From Chrysemys picta bellii (taxonomy: Eukaryota): a stretch of 64,000 nt of DNA. The notes under the pieces are model-generated. The model was not told the origin of the DNA. It did no database searches and was given only the letters and a program-made list of their open reading frames with translations. Shown here piece after piece: positions 24,351-35,639 of this stretch (its first letter is position 1; each line of letters opens with the position of its first letter). A program made the position numbers and the translations under genes. Where the stretch lies: positions 2,108,001-2,172,000 of the forward strand of contig NC_088792.1 in NCBI RefSeq assembly GCF_011386835.1, in the 5' to 3' direction.

Positions 24351-25699
24351 GTCATTAATTCATTCTCTCGCTCTAGCCCAGTGACTGTTCCCCCATGTAA
24401 AAATACTTAATAGTAACTGGGTCAGAGAGAGAGTGACTCTGTATGTAGTCCAGTGCTCAGGGCACACCCCTGAGCCCCCCGTTCTAATCCCTCGGTCATT
24501 CTTTATCCACCGTGGAAAAGCTTCACAGGAGAGACTGTTGGAGCCTCACATCGGGCGACTCCATAGCTCAGTGGTTAGGGCTTGCTTAGGAGAGCCCTGT
24601 TCAAAGCCTTTCTCCTCCTCCGATGGAGAGGGAAATTGAACTTGGGTGAGAGCTCTAACTACGGCAGTATTGCCAATCCCAAATGGTCAAAAATCATGAG
24701 TCAGGCTCACCAAAACTCAAGAGATTGGCTTTAAAAGCGGGAGATTCTGTACAAAATAATAGATTTGGCATTCTTTTGATTTGCCTCTTGCTTGTTGAGC
24801 CCTTAGGGTCACATTTTGAAGCTTTCTCCATAGCCAGGAGGGGTAGAAACTTACTTGTTCTTTAAGAATGAAGGCTGAAATCATCAGAGATCCACGTGAC
24901 TCCAGGAGCTGGGGCTTTAAGGAAAACAGGCATTGTCACAGCAGAGCAGAGGCTCTGTGGGATGGAGCAGGTGGCTTGGTGCTCAAAGTCAAGAACAGAA
25001 ATAAATAAAACATGGCACTAAGTCCCTTATCTTCACCCAGCAAGGACTGGCCTGTCCCAGCCTGGCGGGCACAGCTGGTGGGGGGTCCCCGAGGACTGAG
25101 ACCGCACTGCAGGGCTGGCACACAGGGCACAAACCCCTTAGGATGGCCCCAAGGGTACGTTAGGCCCAGTCAAGCAAGCAGGGGTCAGAGCTGTGCAGCC
25201 AGCTCGGCCTTCCCTGAACCCTGCCCTCAGCCATCTGGAAGGGGAGACATACGCCAGTGTCGTCTGCACCTCTGGGCCAGAGCAGTGTTGGGGCGCAGCC
25301 AGTCTCCCTGCATTCTCCCGCTCTGTGGGGCACTGGGGACGGAGGGTGGCCAGGCCGGGTGTGTGTGTGTCTGGGGTGGGGTAGTCGAGGCACGATCGGC
25401 AGCAGGTGAAGGGGTCCTGGATTTGGGGGCTCGCTGGTCCAGGAGAGAGGGGTGGGGGTGGGCTGGGTCTGAGAGCTGCCCCTGACTCTGGCAGGGGGGC
25501 GGGGAGAGGATCCCCTCCTGACTCAGCCTCATGTGGGCACCTGGGGTTATGGCCGTTTGGCTGTTTGGGGTGGGCGCTGGGCAGACAGCCTGGCCCTGTA
25601 CCACTGCCAGCCCCATGAGTTCATAGCTGGAGGGCCCATCGAGCATTTACCCGAGACCCTGACCCCACAACTGCCAGAGGTGAGACCACACCCCACTCA

Positions 25700-27430
25700 G
25701 GTAGGAGTCGAGAGGCAGTTTGGAGGGGTCAGTCCATGCTTCCCTCAGGCGGGGGTGCAGAGGCAGTTTGGGGGGGTCGGTCCGCGCTCCCCTCAGGCAG
25801 GGGTGCAGAGGCGGTTTGGGGGGTCGGTCCGTGCTCCCCTCAGGCGGGGGTGCAGAGGCGGTTTGGGGGGTCGGTCCGTGCTCCCCTCAGGCGGGGGTGC
25901 AGAGGCGGTTTGGGGGGGTCGGTCCGCGCTCCCCTCAGGTGGGAGTCGAGAGGCAGTTTGGGGGGGTCGGTCCGGGCTCCCCTCAGGCAGGGGTGCAGAG
26001 GCGGTTTGGGGGGGTCGGTCCGCGCTCCCCTCAGGCGGGGGCAGAGAGGCAGTTTGGGGGGGTCGGTCCGTGCTCCCCTCAGGCGGGGGTGCAGAGGCAG
26101 TTTGGGGGGGTCGGTCCGCGCTCCCCTCAGGTGGGAGTCGAGAGGCAGTCTGGGGGGGTCGGTCCGGGCTCCCCTCAGGCAGGGGTGCAGAGGCGGTTTG
26201 GGGGGGTCGGTCCGCGCTCCCCTCAGGCGGGGGCAGAGAGGCAGTTTGGGGGGGTCAGTCCGTGCTCCCCTCAGGCGGGGGTGCAGAGGCAGTTTGGGGG
26301 GGTCGGTCCGCGCTCCCCTCAGGTGGGAGTCGAGAGGCAGTTTGGGAGGGTCGGTCCGTGCTCCCCTCAGGCGGGGGCAGAGGCAGTTTGGGGGGTCGGT
26401 CCGCGCTCCCCTCAGGCGGGGGTGCAGAGGCAGTTTGGGGGGGTCGGTCCGCGCTCCCCTCAGGCGGGGGTGCAGAGGCAGTTTGGGGGGGTCGGTCCGC
26501 GCTCCCCTCAGGCGGGGGTGCAGAGGCGGTTTGGGGGGGTCGGTCCGCGCTCCCCTCAGGCGGGGGTGCAGAGGCGGTTTGGGGGGGTCGGTCCGCGCTC
26601 CCCTCAGGCGGGGGTGCAGAGGCAGTTTGGGGGGGGGGTCGGTCCGCGCTCCCCTCAGGCGGGGGTGCAGAGGCAGTTTGGGGGGGTCGGTCCGCGCTCC
26701 CCTCAGGCGGGGGTGCAGAGGCGGTTTGGGGGGGTCGGTCCGCGCTCCCCTCAGGCGGGGGTGCAGAGGCAGTTTGGGGGCTGGTCCGCGCTCCCCTCAG
26801 GTGGGAGTCGAGAGGCAGTTTGGGGGGGTCGGTCCGCGCTCCCCTCAGGCGGGGGTGCAGAGGCAGTTTGGGGGGGTCGGTCCGCGCTCCCCTCAGGCGG
26901 GGGTGCAGAGGCGGTTTGGGGGGGTCGGTCCGCGCTCCCCTCAGGCGGGGGTGCAGAGGCGGTTTGGGGGGGGTCGGTCCGCGCTCCCCTCAGGCGGGGG
27001 TGCAGAGGCAGTTTGGGGGGGTCGGTCCGCGCTCCCCTCAGGCGGGTGCAGAGGCAGTTTGGGGGGGTCGGTCCGCGCTCCCCTCAGGCGGGGGTGCAGA
27101 GGCGGTTTGGGGGGGTCGGTCCGCGCTCCCCTCAGGCGGGGGTGCAGAGGCAGTTTGGGGGGGTCGGTTCGTGCTCCCCTCAGGCGGGGGTGCAGAGGCG
27201 GTTTGGGGGGGGTCGGTCCGCGCTCCCCTCAGGCGGGTGCAGAGGCAGTTTGGGGGGGTCGGTCCGCGCTCCCCTCAGGCGGGGGTGCAGAGGCGGTTTG
27301 GGGGGGTCGGTCCGCGCTCCCCTCAGGCGGGGGTGCAGAGGCAGTTTGGGGGGGTCGGTTCGTGCTCCCCTCAGGCGGGGGTGCAGAGGCGGTTTGGGGG
27401 GGGTCGGTCCGCGCTCCCCTCAGGCGGGCC
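25700..27430. repeat. G-rich 48-bp VNTR (about 36 units) with a 192-bp higher-order repeat
   Basis: Unit GGGGGGGTCGGTCCGCGCTCCCCTCAGGCGGGGGTGCAGAGGC(A/G)GTTT. The variant GTGGGAGTCGAG occurs at 25939, 26131 and 26323 (192-bp spacing). Confidence 0.97.
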
Positions 27431-28200
27431 CCCCACACACCGCCCCTCCCCCCGAGAAGGGAGCTGTCCATCACCTCTGCAGTTCCTTCCGCCCCTCCCC
27501 CCCCGTAGAGGAGAGCGGGGCGGCCATTTTGAGAGAGGGCAATGGAGCTCAGAGCCCCTTGCAAACAATGGGAGCTGGCGGCCATCTTTATTACTGGCCC
27601 GGCGGGGGCGGGGTCAGCAGGCCGGGCGAGGGGAGGGGGAGCCGGCGGAGCGTTGTTGCTGTTGCAGGGTAAGGGGAGGGGGCGACTCTGGGCTGGGAGC
27701 GGAGGAGGGGACCCCCCCCCATGTCCCTGGGCACCCGGCACCCAAGGGGGCGGGGGCTCAGGCCAGAGCAAAGGCTGGGAAGGGAGTGGGGCTCGGCAGG
27801 GGGCGCAGTGACCCACGGCGGGGCTAGGGGGCGCTGCGGGGAGCAGGGTGGGGGGTCGGCGGGGGGCTCGGGCTGCGGGGAGCGGAGCGGGGCGGGGGCT
27901 CGGTGGGGGCTTGGCGGGGGGTGCTGAGCTGCGGGAAGCAGGACGGGGGCTCGGCAGGGGCACTGAGCAGCGGGGTGGGGGTGAGGGCTGCGGGGGGCGG
28001 GGTGGGGGCTCGGCGGGGGGCGAGGGCTGCGGGGAACGGGGCGGGGAGCGGGGTGGGGGCGAGGGCTGCGGGGGGCGAGGGGAGCGGGGCGGGGGGCGAG
28101 GGCTGCGGGGAGCGGGGCGGGGGCGAGGGGAGCGGGGCGGGGGCTCTATCTCTTGGGAGGCTCTTTTCTAAGGCTGCGGAGGTTAATCCGGGCGTCCCAG
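27430..28200 (+). promoter_or_regulatory. CpG-island promoter and non-coding first exon, probably shared by the ZBED gene and LRRC61
   Basis: CpG-rich, with two YY1-like CCAT motifs (27520-27531, 27577-27588) and a strong donor CAGG|GTAAGG at 27668/27669. Confidence 0.65.
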
Positions 28201-28524
28201 CTCAGCTAATTCCGATGGGCCTGGGCCTGCAGGCTGCTGAGCTCCCATTGCAAGCAGCGTGAGGCGCGGGTGCTTAGCTCCTGGGGGACCACACCCCTTC
28301 TAGGCTGTTGAGCAGAGCTGTGGAAGTAGAAAGGCTGCTGGGTTGCTCCCCAGAGGTGGCTGCATTTCAGGGGCCGTTCCCCACAAATTTGTGAAGCACA
28401 CGGAGGCAGGCCAGACCTCTGCACAAATAACCCATAGGCAGCTTTAAGGTGGCTGGGTGGCTCCCAGCCCGCTCCCCTCTCTCCTCTCCAGCCCCGAGGC
28501 TCCTGCCTGGCAGATCCGCTAGAC

Positions 28525-28788
28525 CAGGGGTTCTCAAACTTCATTGCACCGCGACCCCCTTCTGACAACAAAAAGGGGGCCAGAAGCCTGAACCCCACTG
28601 CCCTGGGCAGGGAAGGGCTCAAAGCTCCCGTCCCAGCCGGGGGGCCTGTAACCTGAGCCCTACTGCCCAGGGGTGAATCCCTCAGGCTTCAGCTTCGGCC
28701 CTGAGCAGTGAGGCTTGGGCTTTGGCCCCGAGCCCCAGCAAGTCTAAGCCAGCCCTGGTGGTCATGACCCACAGTTCGAGAACTGCTG
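28525..28788. mobile_element. hAT (Charlie-type) MITE
   Basis: TIRs CAGGGGTTCTCAAAC / GTTCGAGAACTGCTG, with an imperfect 8-bp TSD CGCTAGAC / CACTTGAC. Confidence 0.7.
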
Positions 28789-29446
28789 CACTTGACAAAA
28801 GAGCAACCGGGACAGAGAAGCTAGAACCCCTCTCCTCCGTCCTGCTCACTGCTGCACCCCCCAGGTCAGACCCATGTCTCCATGGACCCCCCGGCTCAGC
28901 TTGGCAGGCAAGCAGGGAGCAGCATTTGGGAGCAGAAGGGCTGAGCACATTTGGGGAGGGGCGTGGACAGAGGAGGGCACCACATGGCTTTGGGGTGGGA
29001 GAGTACTGGAGGGTGTGCGAGGGAGCGGGTTCAGGGGAGGTGCTGGGGGGGGGGTGAGAGAGGCAGCACAAGGCGGGGCGGTGTGAGTGTGTGTGAGCAT
29101 GTGTGAGCGAGACACGGTGACCCGGTGGATGGGGACAAGTGTGGATTCAGGGGAGGTGTTGATTTTCATGGGATGAGGGTGAGAGACTGGGAGAATAAAC
29201 CACAGAAGTGCTGAGCGGGGAGGAGGGACCGCGAGTGGGAGAACCTGGGGAGAAGTGACCCGCCCCAATTGACAAGCCCGAGAGCTCCCAGCATCTGTCC
29301 CAGCGGAGCCTGGTGCTGCTTAGCTTTGCCAGTGTTGTAATTCTTTCGAATCAAGCTGGTGACCCTGGTGTGTCTGCAGGAGCTGGGTCGGTAACCTATC
29401 ATTGAAATCTGCTTCTGTACCAAATGATTTCAGGGTAGTTAATATG

Positions 29447-31078
29447 ACACCAGTTTTTAAAAAGGGCTCTGGGGTGATCCCAGCAATTACAGTACCGGGC
29501 TAACTAGTTGAAACTAGTTTGAACAATATTGTCAGACACATAGATGAACATAATTTGTTGAGGAAGAGTCAACATGGTTTTTGTAAAGGAAAATCATGCC
29601 TCACCAGTCTGCTAGAATTCTTCGAGGGGGTCAACAAGCATGTGGACAAAAGTATCAGAGGGGTAGCTGTGTTAGTCTGGATCTGTAAAAAGCGACAGAG
29701 AGTCCTGGAAGTGGGCATTCACCCACGAAAGCTTATGCTCCAATACATCTGTTAGTCTTAAAGGTGCCACAGGATTCTCTGTTGCTTCATGTGGACAAGG
29801 GGGATCCAGTGGATATAGTGTATTTAGATTTTCAGAAAGCCTTTGACGAGGTCCCTCACCAAAGGCTCTTAAGCAAAGTAAGCTATCATGGGATAAGAGG
29901 GAAGTTCCTCTCATGGACTGGTAACTGGTTACAAGATAGGAAACAAGGGGTAGGAATAAATGGTCAGTTTTCAGAATGGAGCGAGGTAAATAGTGGTGTC
30001 CCGCAGGGATCTGTACTGGGCCCAGTTCTATTCAACATATTCATAAATGATCTGGAAAAAGCAGTAAACAGTGAAGTGGCAAAATTTGCAGATGATACAA
30101 AACTACTCAAGATAGTTAAGTCCCAGGCAGACTGCGAAGAGCTACCAAAGGATCTCACAAAACTGGGTGACTGGGCAACAAAATGGCAGATGAAATTCAA
30201 TGTTGATAAATGTAAAGTAATGCACATTGGAAAAAATGATCCCAACTATACATATAAAATGATGGGTCTAAATTAGCTGTTGCCACTCAAGAAAGTGATT
30301 TTGGAGTCATTGTAGATAGTTCTCTGAAATCATCCACTCAATGTGCAGCGGCAGTCAAAAAAGCGAACAGAATGTTGGGAATCATTAAGAAAGGGATAGA
30401 TAATAAGACAGAAAATATCATATTGCCTCCATATAAATCCATTGTACACCCACATCTTGAATAGTGTCTGCAGATGTAGTCGCCCCATCTCAAAAAAGAT
30501 GTATTGGAATTGGAAAAGGTTCAGAAAAGGGCAACAAAAATGATTAGGGGTATGGAACAGCTTCCATATGAGGAGCGATTAATAAGACTGGGACTTTTCA
30601 GCTTGGAAAAGAGACGACTAAGGGGGGATATGATAGAGGTCTATAAAATCATGACTGATGTGGAGAAAGTAAATAAGGAAGTGTTATTTACTCCTCATAA
30701 CATAAGAACTAGGGGTCACCAAATGAAATTAATAGGCAGCAGGTTTAAAACAAACATTTTTTCATACAACGCAGTCAACCTGTGGAACTCCTTGCCAGAA
30801 GATGTTGTGAAGGCCAAGACTATAACAGGGTTCAAAAAGGAACCAGATAAGTTCGTGGAGGATAGGTCCGTCAATGGCTATTAGCCAGGCTGGGCAGGGA
30901 TGGTGTCCCTAGCTTCTGTTTGCCAGAAGCTGGGAATGGGCGACGGGATGGATCACTATGTGATTCCCTGTTCTGTTCATTCCCTCTGGGGCACCTGGCA
31001 CTGGCCACTCTCAGAAGACAGGACACTGGGCTAGATGGACCTTTGGTCTGACCCAGTCTGGCCATTATTATGTGCTCT
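29447..31078 (+). mobile_element. 5'-truncated CR1 LINE, interrupted by a PLE fragment
   Basis: RT motifs QHGFCKGKSCLTSLLEFFE, DIVYLDFQKAFD, SGVPQGSVLGP and KFADDTKL, then the CR1 3' UTR. Confidence 0.93.
29650..29787 (+). mobile_element. Penelope-like terminal fragment inserted in CR1
   Basis: Shares GAAGTGGGCATTCACCCACGAAAGCT.ATGCTCCAATACATCTGTTAGTCT with 50098-50150. Flanked by duplicated CATGTGGACAA (29639-29649, 29788-29798). Confidence 0.8.
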
Positions 31079-31809
31079 GGCCTGACCTGGCAGCGACAGG
31101 CAGCTGCTCTCTGTAGGATTCTGAGCTTCCTTTCTGCTGTTGTAGGTCCAGAACGGGTGGATTCTCCATCTTCCCAGCACTGTGTCCCCCTGGGCGTGTC
31201 CTGAGGAGCCGGGCTCCCAGCTCCGGATGCGTGGGCCTGGCCCGGACACCCAGAGCCCTGCTGCAGAGACCCCAGGCAGGCGCCCCCGCGCTGCCTCACC
31301 CAGAACAAGTGGGTAACAGCAGCTGTAGCTCCGTGGCTTCCTGTGGACGGACACCTGGACGGGGGCAGCCAGGCGGAGAGGCTGAGGAGCCATTGAGGTC
31401 TTAGGAATGAACTCCTGAATTAACAGCGTTCTTTGTGAGCAGACTCGCTACCTACCTGGAAATCAACGAGCCGCTGCGGCCGGCGGCCTCCCGCCCCTAG
31501 AGCCCTGCCTCTGGTGGCCTTGGTAGTCCCGAGGCCGCTCTGGCAGCCTACCCCAGCCACCAGTGCAGCTTTGAGCTCTGCGCTCGCGGACAGGACACTG
31601 CCTCTCCCCCGGCTCGGAAAGCATCGCCCTACTTTGGGCCTGCAGCACCTATCTCAGCCGCTGTCAACGAGCGAATCTCCTCCTGTTGAGGGGGAGGAGA
31701 GGGCCTGGCCGGGCGTGGCGGGTATGGGGCAGGGTGACACCACTTGCTTCGCCAGCTGCCTTTGACCCCCGGGTGTTTCCCTCCCCGAACCTGCTCCTTT
31801 TCGCTAGGC

Positions 31810-34800
31810 ATGTTGCCGGTAAAGAAAAGCAAGCTGCGGAAGCGGAGAACAGACGGCGGCTCGGCCATGCCAAGCCCTGGCGTCTGTGCCACCTTGCCCC
31901 GGGCCATAGCAGAGCGTGCCGCGGGCGCTTTCCCCTTCGCCATAGCCAGCGCTGCCGATGCCCACCTCCGCCATCTGCCTCTGGGCCCCGACCACGAGCA
32001 CATCCCCGAGATCGAGATCAAGCTGGAGTTTAGCGACGAGGAGGAGGAGGGCCATGAGGGCGGCATGCTGGGATTCATGGCGGCCTGTGGGGCAGGGAAC
32101 CATGAGAGGAGGAAGGCAGAGCTGGCCCCCCGAGGTGCGGGCAGCCAGCCTCGCATCACGGACGGCTGGCAACCCCCTTCCTCTGTGCTGGGTGTAGACA
32201 AGGCTCTCCTGGAGGGATGGGCAGCGAAGCGCCCCGCACCTCCGGCCTTCAGCCTCCCCATCCGCACCCGGCGCCGCAAGACCACCTCCGAGGTGTGGCA
32301 GTTCTTCTCCCCGGACGCCAGTGACCCCTGCCGGGCCATCTGCACCCTGTGCCAGGCCAGCGTCGGGCGCGGCAAGCTGAGGGGCCACTACAACACCACC
32401 GCCCTCAAGCGCCATCTGGAGGGCAAGCACCCGCTGGAGTGGGGGCAGAGGAAGAGAGCAGGGGGCAGGGCCCAGGAGGAGGAGGAGAATGAGGAGGAAG
32501 AGGAAGAACAGGTGACGAAGGAGTTTCCCTCGGAGGACACTGTGTTTGGCACCAGCCATGCTCTGTGCTCCCCTGCCCAAGCCCTCAGCAGGGCGCCCCC
32601 CCAAGTGCCCCAGGGTGCCCCCCGCTTCCTGTACGTGATCAGCGACTCCAGTGAGGAAGAGGAGGAGGAGGAGGGGCGGGGAAGGGCAGTCACTGACTCC
32701 TCCCCAGAGTCCAGCGAGGAGGAAAGCAGCGAGACTAGCAAGCTGCTCCCCCAGGGCAGGGAGAGGGGCATGAAGGGCAGCGCCCAAGCGGGGCACCCCA
32801 AGCCGGACCTGGCCACACCCTACCTGGAGATGCTAGTGGGCCAGGGGCTCCCCAAGTCCGGGCAGCTCAGCCTCCCAAACCACCCGCTGGTGCCACCGGG
32901 CACGAAGCGCCGCAAGTCCACCTCAGCCGTCTGGCAGTTCTTCTACATCGACTGCAGCAACGTGTGCCGGGCCATCTGCACCCTGTGCCAGGCCAGCGTC
33001 AGCCGCGGCAAACTGGGCAGCCACTTCGGCACCTCGGCCCTCATGCGCCACCTGGAGGGCAAGCACCCGCTGGAGTGGGGGCGGGGCCGGGCTGCTGGCG
33101 CTCCTGCCACCCCTCCCGGCAGCGCCCGGTCCGAGAGGCTGAGCCTGGGGCTGGCGGAGGACGAGGAGCCCGTGGAGGACCCGTCTCTGACATCGCCCGC
33201 AGCGTCGGACCCCCTGAGATCGCCCTGCGTCAGCCCTGGCGGGGCCCCAGCTCCCATTTGTGACAGCTGGCAGAGTGAGGCACCTCCCGAAGGCAAGGCG
33301 GAGAAAGCCCTGCCCGCCCCAGCTACCCCGCTGCCCCCCAGCAAGAACCAAGCCGGCCTGGCCGAGCGGGGCGGGGACGTGCCCGGCAAATACACCCCCA
33401 ACCACCCGCAGGCGCAGGCCTGGAACCGCAGCATTGCCGAGCTGCTGTGTGGCATGGCCCTGCCCTGCTCCTTCGTCTCGGCCAAGCCCTTCCACCGGTT
33501 CATGGCTCAGGCTGACCCACGCTACCGCATCCCCTCGCCGGCCTTCTTCTCCCGCAAAGCAGTGCCCCAGCTGTGCCAGGCGGTCGGCCTGGGCCTGGCC
33601 CTGGAGCTGCAGCAGGCCAGCGTCAGCCAGGTGCACCTCAGCGCCCACGTGTGGGCCCAGGGGCCGGCAGGGGAGTACCTGGCGCTGGCAGTGCACTGGC
33701 TGGCGCCCCGCTCGGAGTCAGGCCAGCGCCAGCCATGCAGCCAGCGCAGGCAGGCGGTGCTGTGCGTGCAAGCGCTGCAGGAGGAGCAGGCACTGGGTGG
33801 CGTGCAGCGGGTGTTGGCCCAGCAGCTCCAGCTGTGGCTGGCCCAGAACTCCCTGAGCCCCGGCTTCCTGGTCTCGGGCGGCAGCCCTGGCGTGGAGCGG
33901 GCCGCGAAGGACGGCGGCCACACCCACATCCCCTGCTTCGCTCACTGCCTGAGCCAGCTGGTGCTGGGCTTCCTGCGCCTCCACCGCAGCGTCGAGGGCA
34001 CACTGGGGGCGGCCCGCGCCATCTGCGCCCACTTCGCCCGCTCCCCGGAGGCCAGGAGGGGGCTGGCGGAGCTGCAGCGGCAGCACGGTTTGGCCCCGCG
34101 CCGGCTGAAGCAGGAGGCCACGGCGAGCTGGGACTCCACCTACTACATGCTGGAGCGGCTGCTGGCGCTGCAGCCGGCTGTGCAGGAGTACGTGGGCAAG
34201 CGCCGGATGGGCGAGGCTGGCCTGGGCCTGAGCGCCGCCCAGTGGATGCTGATGCGCAGCTTGGTGGAGCTGCTGCAGCCCTTCGAGATGGCCGTGCGGG
34301 AGGCGAGCGCGGCCAACGCCTCACTGAGCCAGGTGCTGCCGCAGGTGCGCTACCTGCACATCTTCCTCCAGCAGATCCGCCTGCGCTTCGAGAGCCAGGC
34401 CGGGGAGGGGGCTGGCTCCGCCGTGCGCCTGGCCGAGAGCCTGGCCCTGCAGCTCTCCACCGAGCCCCGGATCAGCGAGATGTTCCACCGCCCGGAGTAC
34501 GTGCTGGCCACGCTGCTCGACCCCCGCTTCAAGGGCAGGATGGACGCCATCCTGCCGCTGGGCTCCGACCTCGACCACTGGAAGCAGCTGCTTGTCCGGA
34601 AGGTCAAGGAGCTCCTGGCCTCACCCCCCGGCTGCCCTTCCTCCCCCTGGAACATCCAGCCCGGCAAGGCCTTCGGCGTGGACACGGCCCCACAGCCCCG
34701 GGAGGCAGAGATGGGGCCAGGGGAGCCCCATCGGGACAGGGGGCCGAGCTCCGCGGTGCCTCCACTGATCCAGAAGGAGAAGACCCTGACTGAGCACCTG

Positions 34801-35211
34801 GAGAGCGTGGGGCTGCTGGCGTCTGAGGGCCGCGGGGCCTCCCTCCCCACCGAGAACCACTCGGCCTGTGTGATGGTGGAGAGGTACCTGCGCGACAACC
34901 AGACCATTGGGGCCCGGGAGGACCCGCTGGGGTACTGGGAGAAGCGGCACTGGCTCTGGCCGGCCTTGGCCAAGGTGGCCATGCTCTACCTGTCCTGCCC
35001 ACCCTCGGGGGCCTTCTCCGAGCGCATCTTCACCGCCCCAGACAGCCCCTTCTCCGAGAGGCGTCCCCCGCAGGGGGAGAGCGGGGAGCGCCTCGTCTTT
35101 CTGAGAGCCAACCTGGGGAACTTCCCCGACTACCCCCCGCCGCCCCTCATCTGCTCGGAGAACGACAGCGCGGGCAGCAGCAGCGGGGAGGAGGGGACCC
35201 CGCCAGCTTAG
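31810..35211 (+). CDS. Intact single-exon ZBED-family protein (1133 aa): two BED zinc fingers plus a hAT transposase-derived body; ZBED6-like, positional counterpart of human ZBED6CL/ZBED10P
   Basis: Uninterrupted ORF with acceptor cgctag|GCATG immediately before the ATG at 31810. BED fingers VWQFF...C..C...RGK...T.AL.RHL..KH at about 32284-32445 and 32917-33078. It has the CFAHCL motif, LATLLDPRFK and the C-terminal dimerisation motif WP.LAKVA..YLS.P.S...SERIF. No TIRs were seen. Candidate AATAAA at 36323. Confidence 0.9.
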   Translation: MLPVKKSKLRKRRTDGGSAMPSPGVCATLPRAIAERAAGAFPFAIASAADAHLRHLPLGPDHEHIPEIEIKLEFSDEEEEGHEGGMLGFMAACGAGNHERRKAELAPRGAGSQPRITDGWQPPSSVLGVDKALLEGWAAKRPAPPAFSLPIRTRRRKTTSEVWQFFSPDASDPCRAICTLCQASVGRGKLRGHYNTTALKRHLEGKHPLEWGQRKRAGGRAQEEEENEEEEEEQVTKEFPSEDTVFGTSHALCSPAQALSRAPPQVPQGAPRFLYVISDSSEEEEEEEGRGRAVTDSSPESSEEESSETSKLLPQGRERGMKGSAQAGHPKPDLATPYLEMLVGQGLPKSGQLSLPNHPLVPPGTKRRKSTSAVWQFFYIDCSNVCRAICTLCQASVSRGKLGSHFGTSALMRHLEGKHPLEWGRGRAAGAPATPPGSARSERLSLGLAEDEEPVEDPSLTSPAASDPLRSPCVSPGGAPAPICDSWQSEAPPEGKAEKALPAPATPLPPSKNQAGLAERGGDVPGKYTPNHPQAQAWNRSIAELLCGMALPCSFVSAKPFHRFMAQADPRYRIPSPAFFSRKAVPQLCQAVGLGLALELQQASVSQVHLSAHVWAQGPAGEYLALAVHWLAPRSESGQRQPCSQRRQAVLCVQALQEEQALGGVQRVLAQQLQLWLAQNSLSPGFLVSGGSPGVERAAKDGGHTHIPCFAHCLSQLVLGFLRLHRSVEGTLGAARAICAHFARSPEARRGLAELQRQHGLAPRRLKQEATASWDSTYYMLERLLALQPAVQEYVGKRRMGEAGLGLSAAQWMLMRSLVELLQPFEMAVREASAANASLSQVLPQVRYLHIFLQQIRLRFESQAGEGAGSAVRLAESLALQLSTEPRISEMFHRPEYVLATLLDPRFKGRMDAILPLGSDLDHWKQLLVRKVKELLASPPGCPSSPWNIQPGKAFGVDTAPQPREAEMGPGEPHRDRGPSSAVPPLIQKEKTLTEHLESVGLLASEGRGASLPTENHSACVMVERYLRDNQTIGAREDPLGYWEKRHWLWPALAKVAMLYLSCPPSGAFSERIFTAPDSPFSERRPPQGESGERLVFLRANLGNFPDYPPPPLICSENDSAGSSSGEEGTPPA

Positions 35212-35639
35212 AGACCGTCTCCGAGATACAGGCAGCGGGGCACCCACCCGTCTCCGGGGTACGCCAGGCCGGGTGCACGGCGTGGTGCAGCCACTGGGCC
35301 CTTGTGGGGCAGAGATGGCTGAAGGGGGAAGGTACAGCTGCCCTACGGGCCCTGCTGCGCTCAGTGTGGCTCCTGACCGTGGGCCGTTGGGTCTCAGTCG
35401 CTATAGAGAGGACAATGACCAGTTCTCCACTGGAGGTCGGACTAGAAGCAATGGGCTTAATCTGCAGCCAGCGGGATGGAGGTGAGATATCAGGGGAAAG
35501 ATTCTATCACTGGAGGTGTTTTAAGAACAGGTTGGACAAACCCCTTTCAGGGTCTAGGCTTGCCTTGTGCTGCCTCAGTGCAGGGGGCTGGGCTAGCTGC
35601 CCATCCCTTTCCAGGCCTACCTGCTTGTGTTTCTGTGAG

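Noticed and set aside
25700-27430. CRISPR-like array
   Set aside because: Head-to-tail units with no unique spacers, in a vertebrate context with no cas genes.
25533-27827. 590-764-aa ORFs in three frames
   Set aside because: They are translations of the stop-free 48-bp VNTR, with no domain content.
31804-35247. Overlapping ORFs on both strands of the ZBED gene, and the ORF-track start at 31744
   Set aside because: These are GC-rich shadow frames. 31744 is a non-ATG start lying upstream of the splice acceptor at 31807; the true start is ATG 31810.
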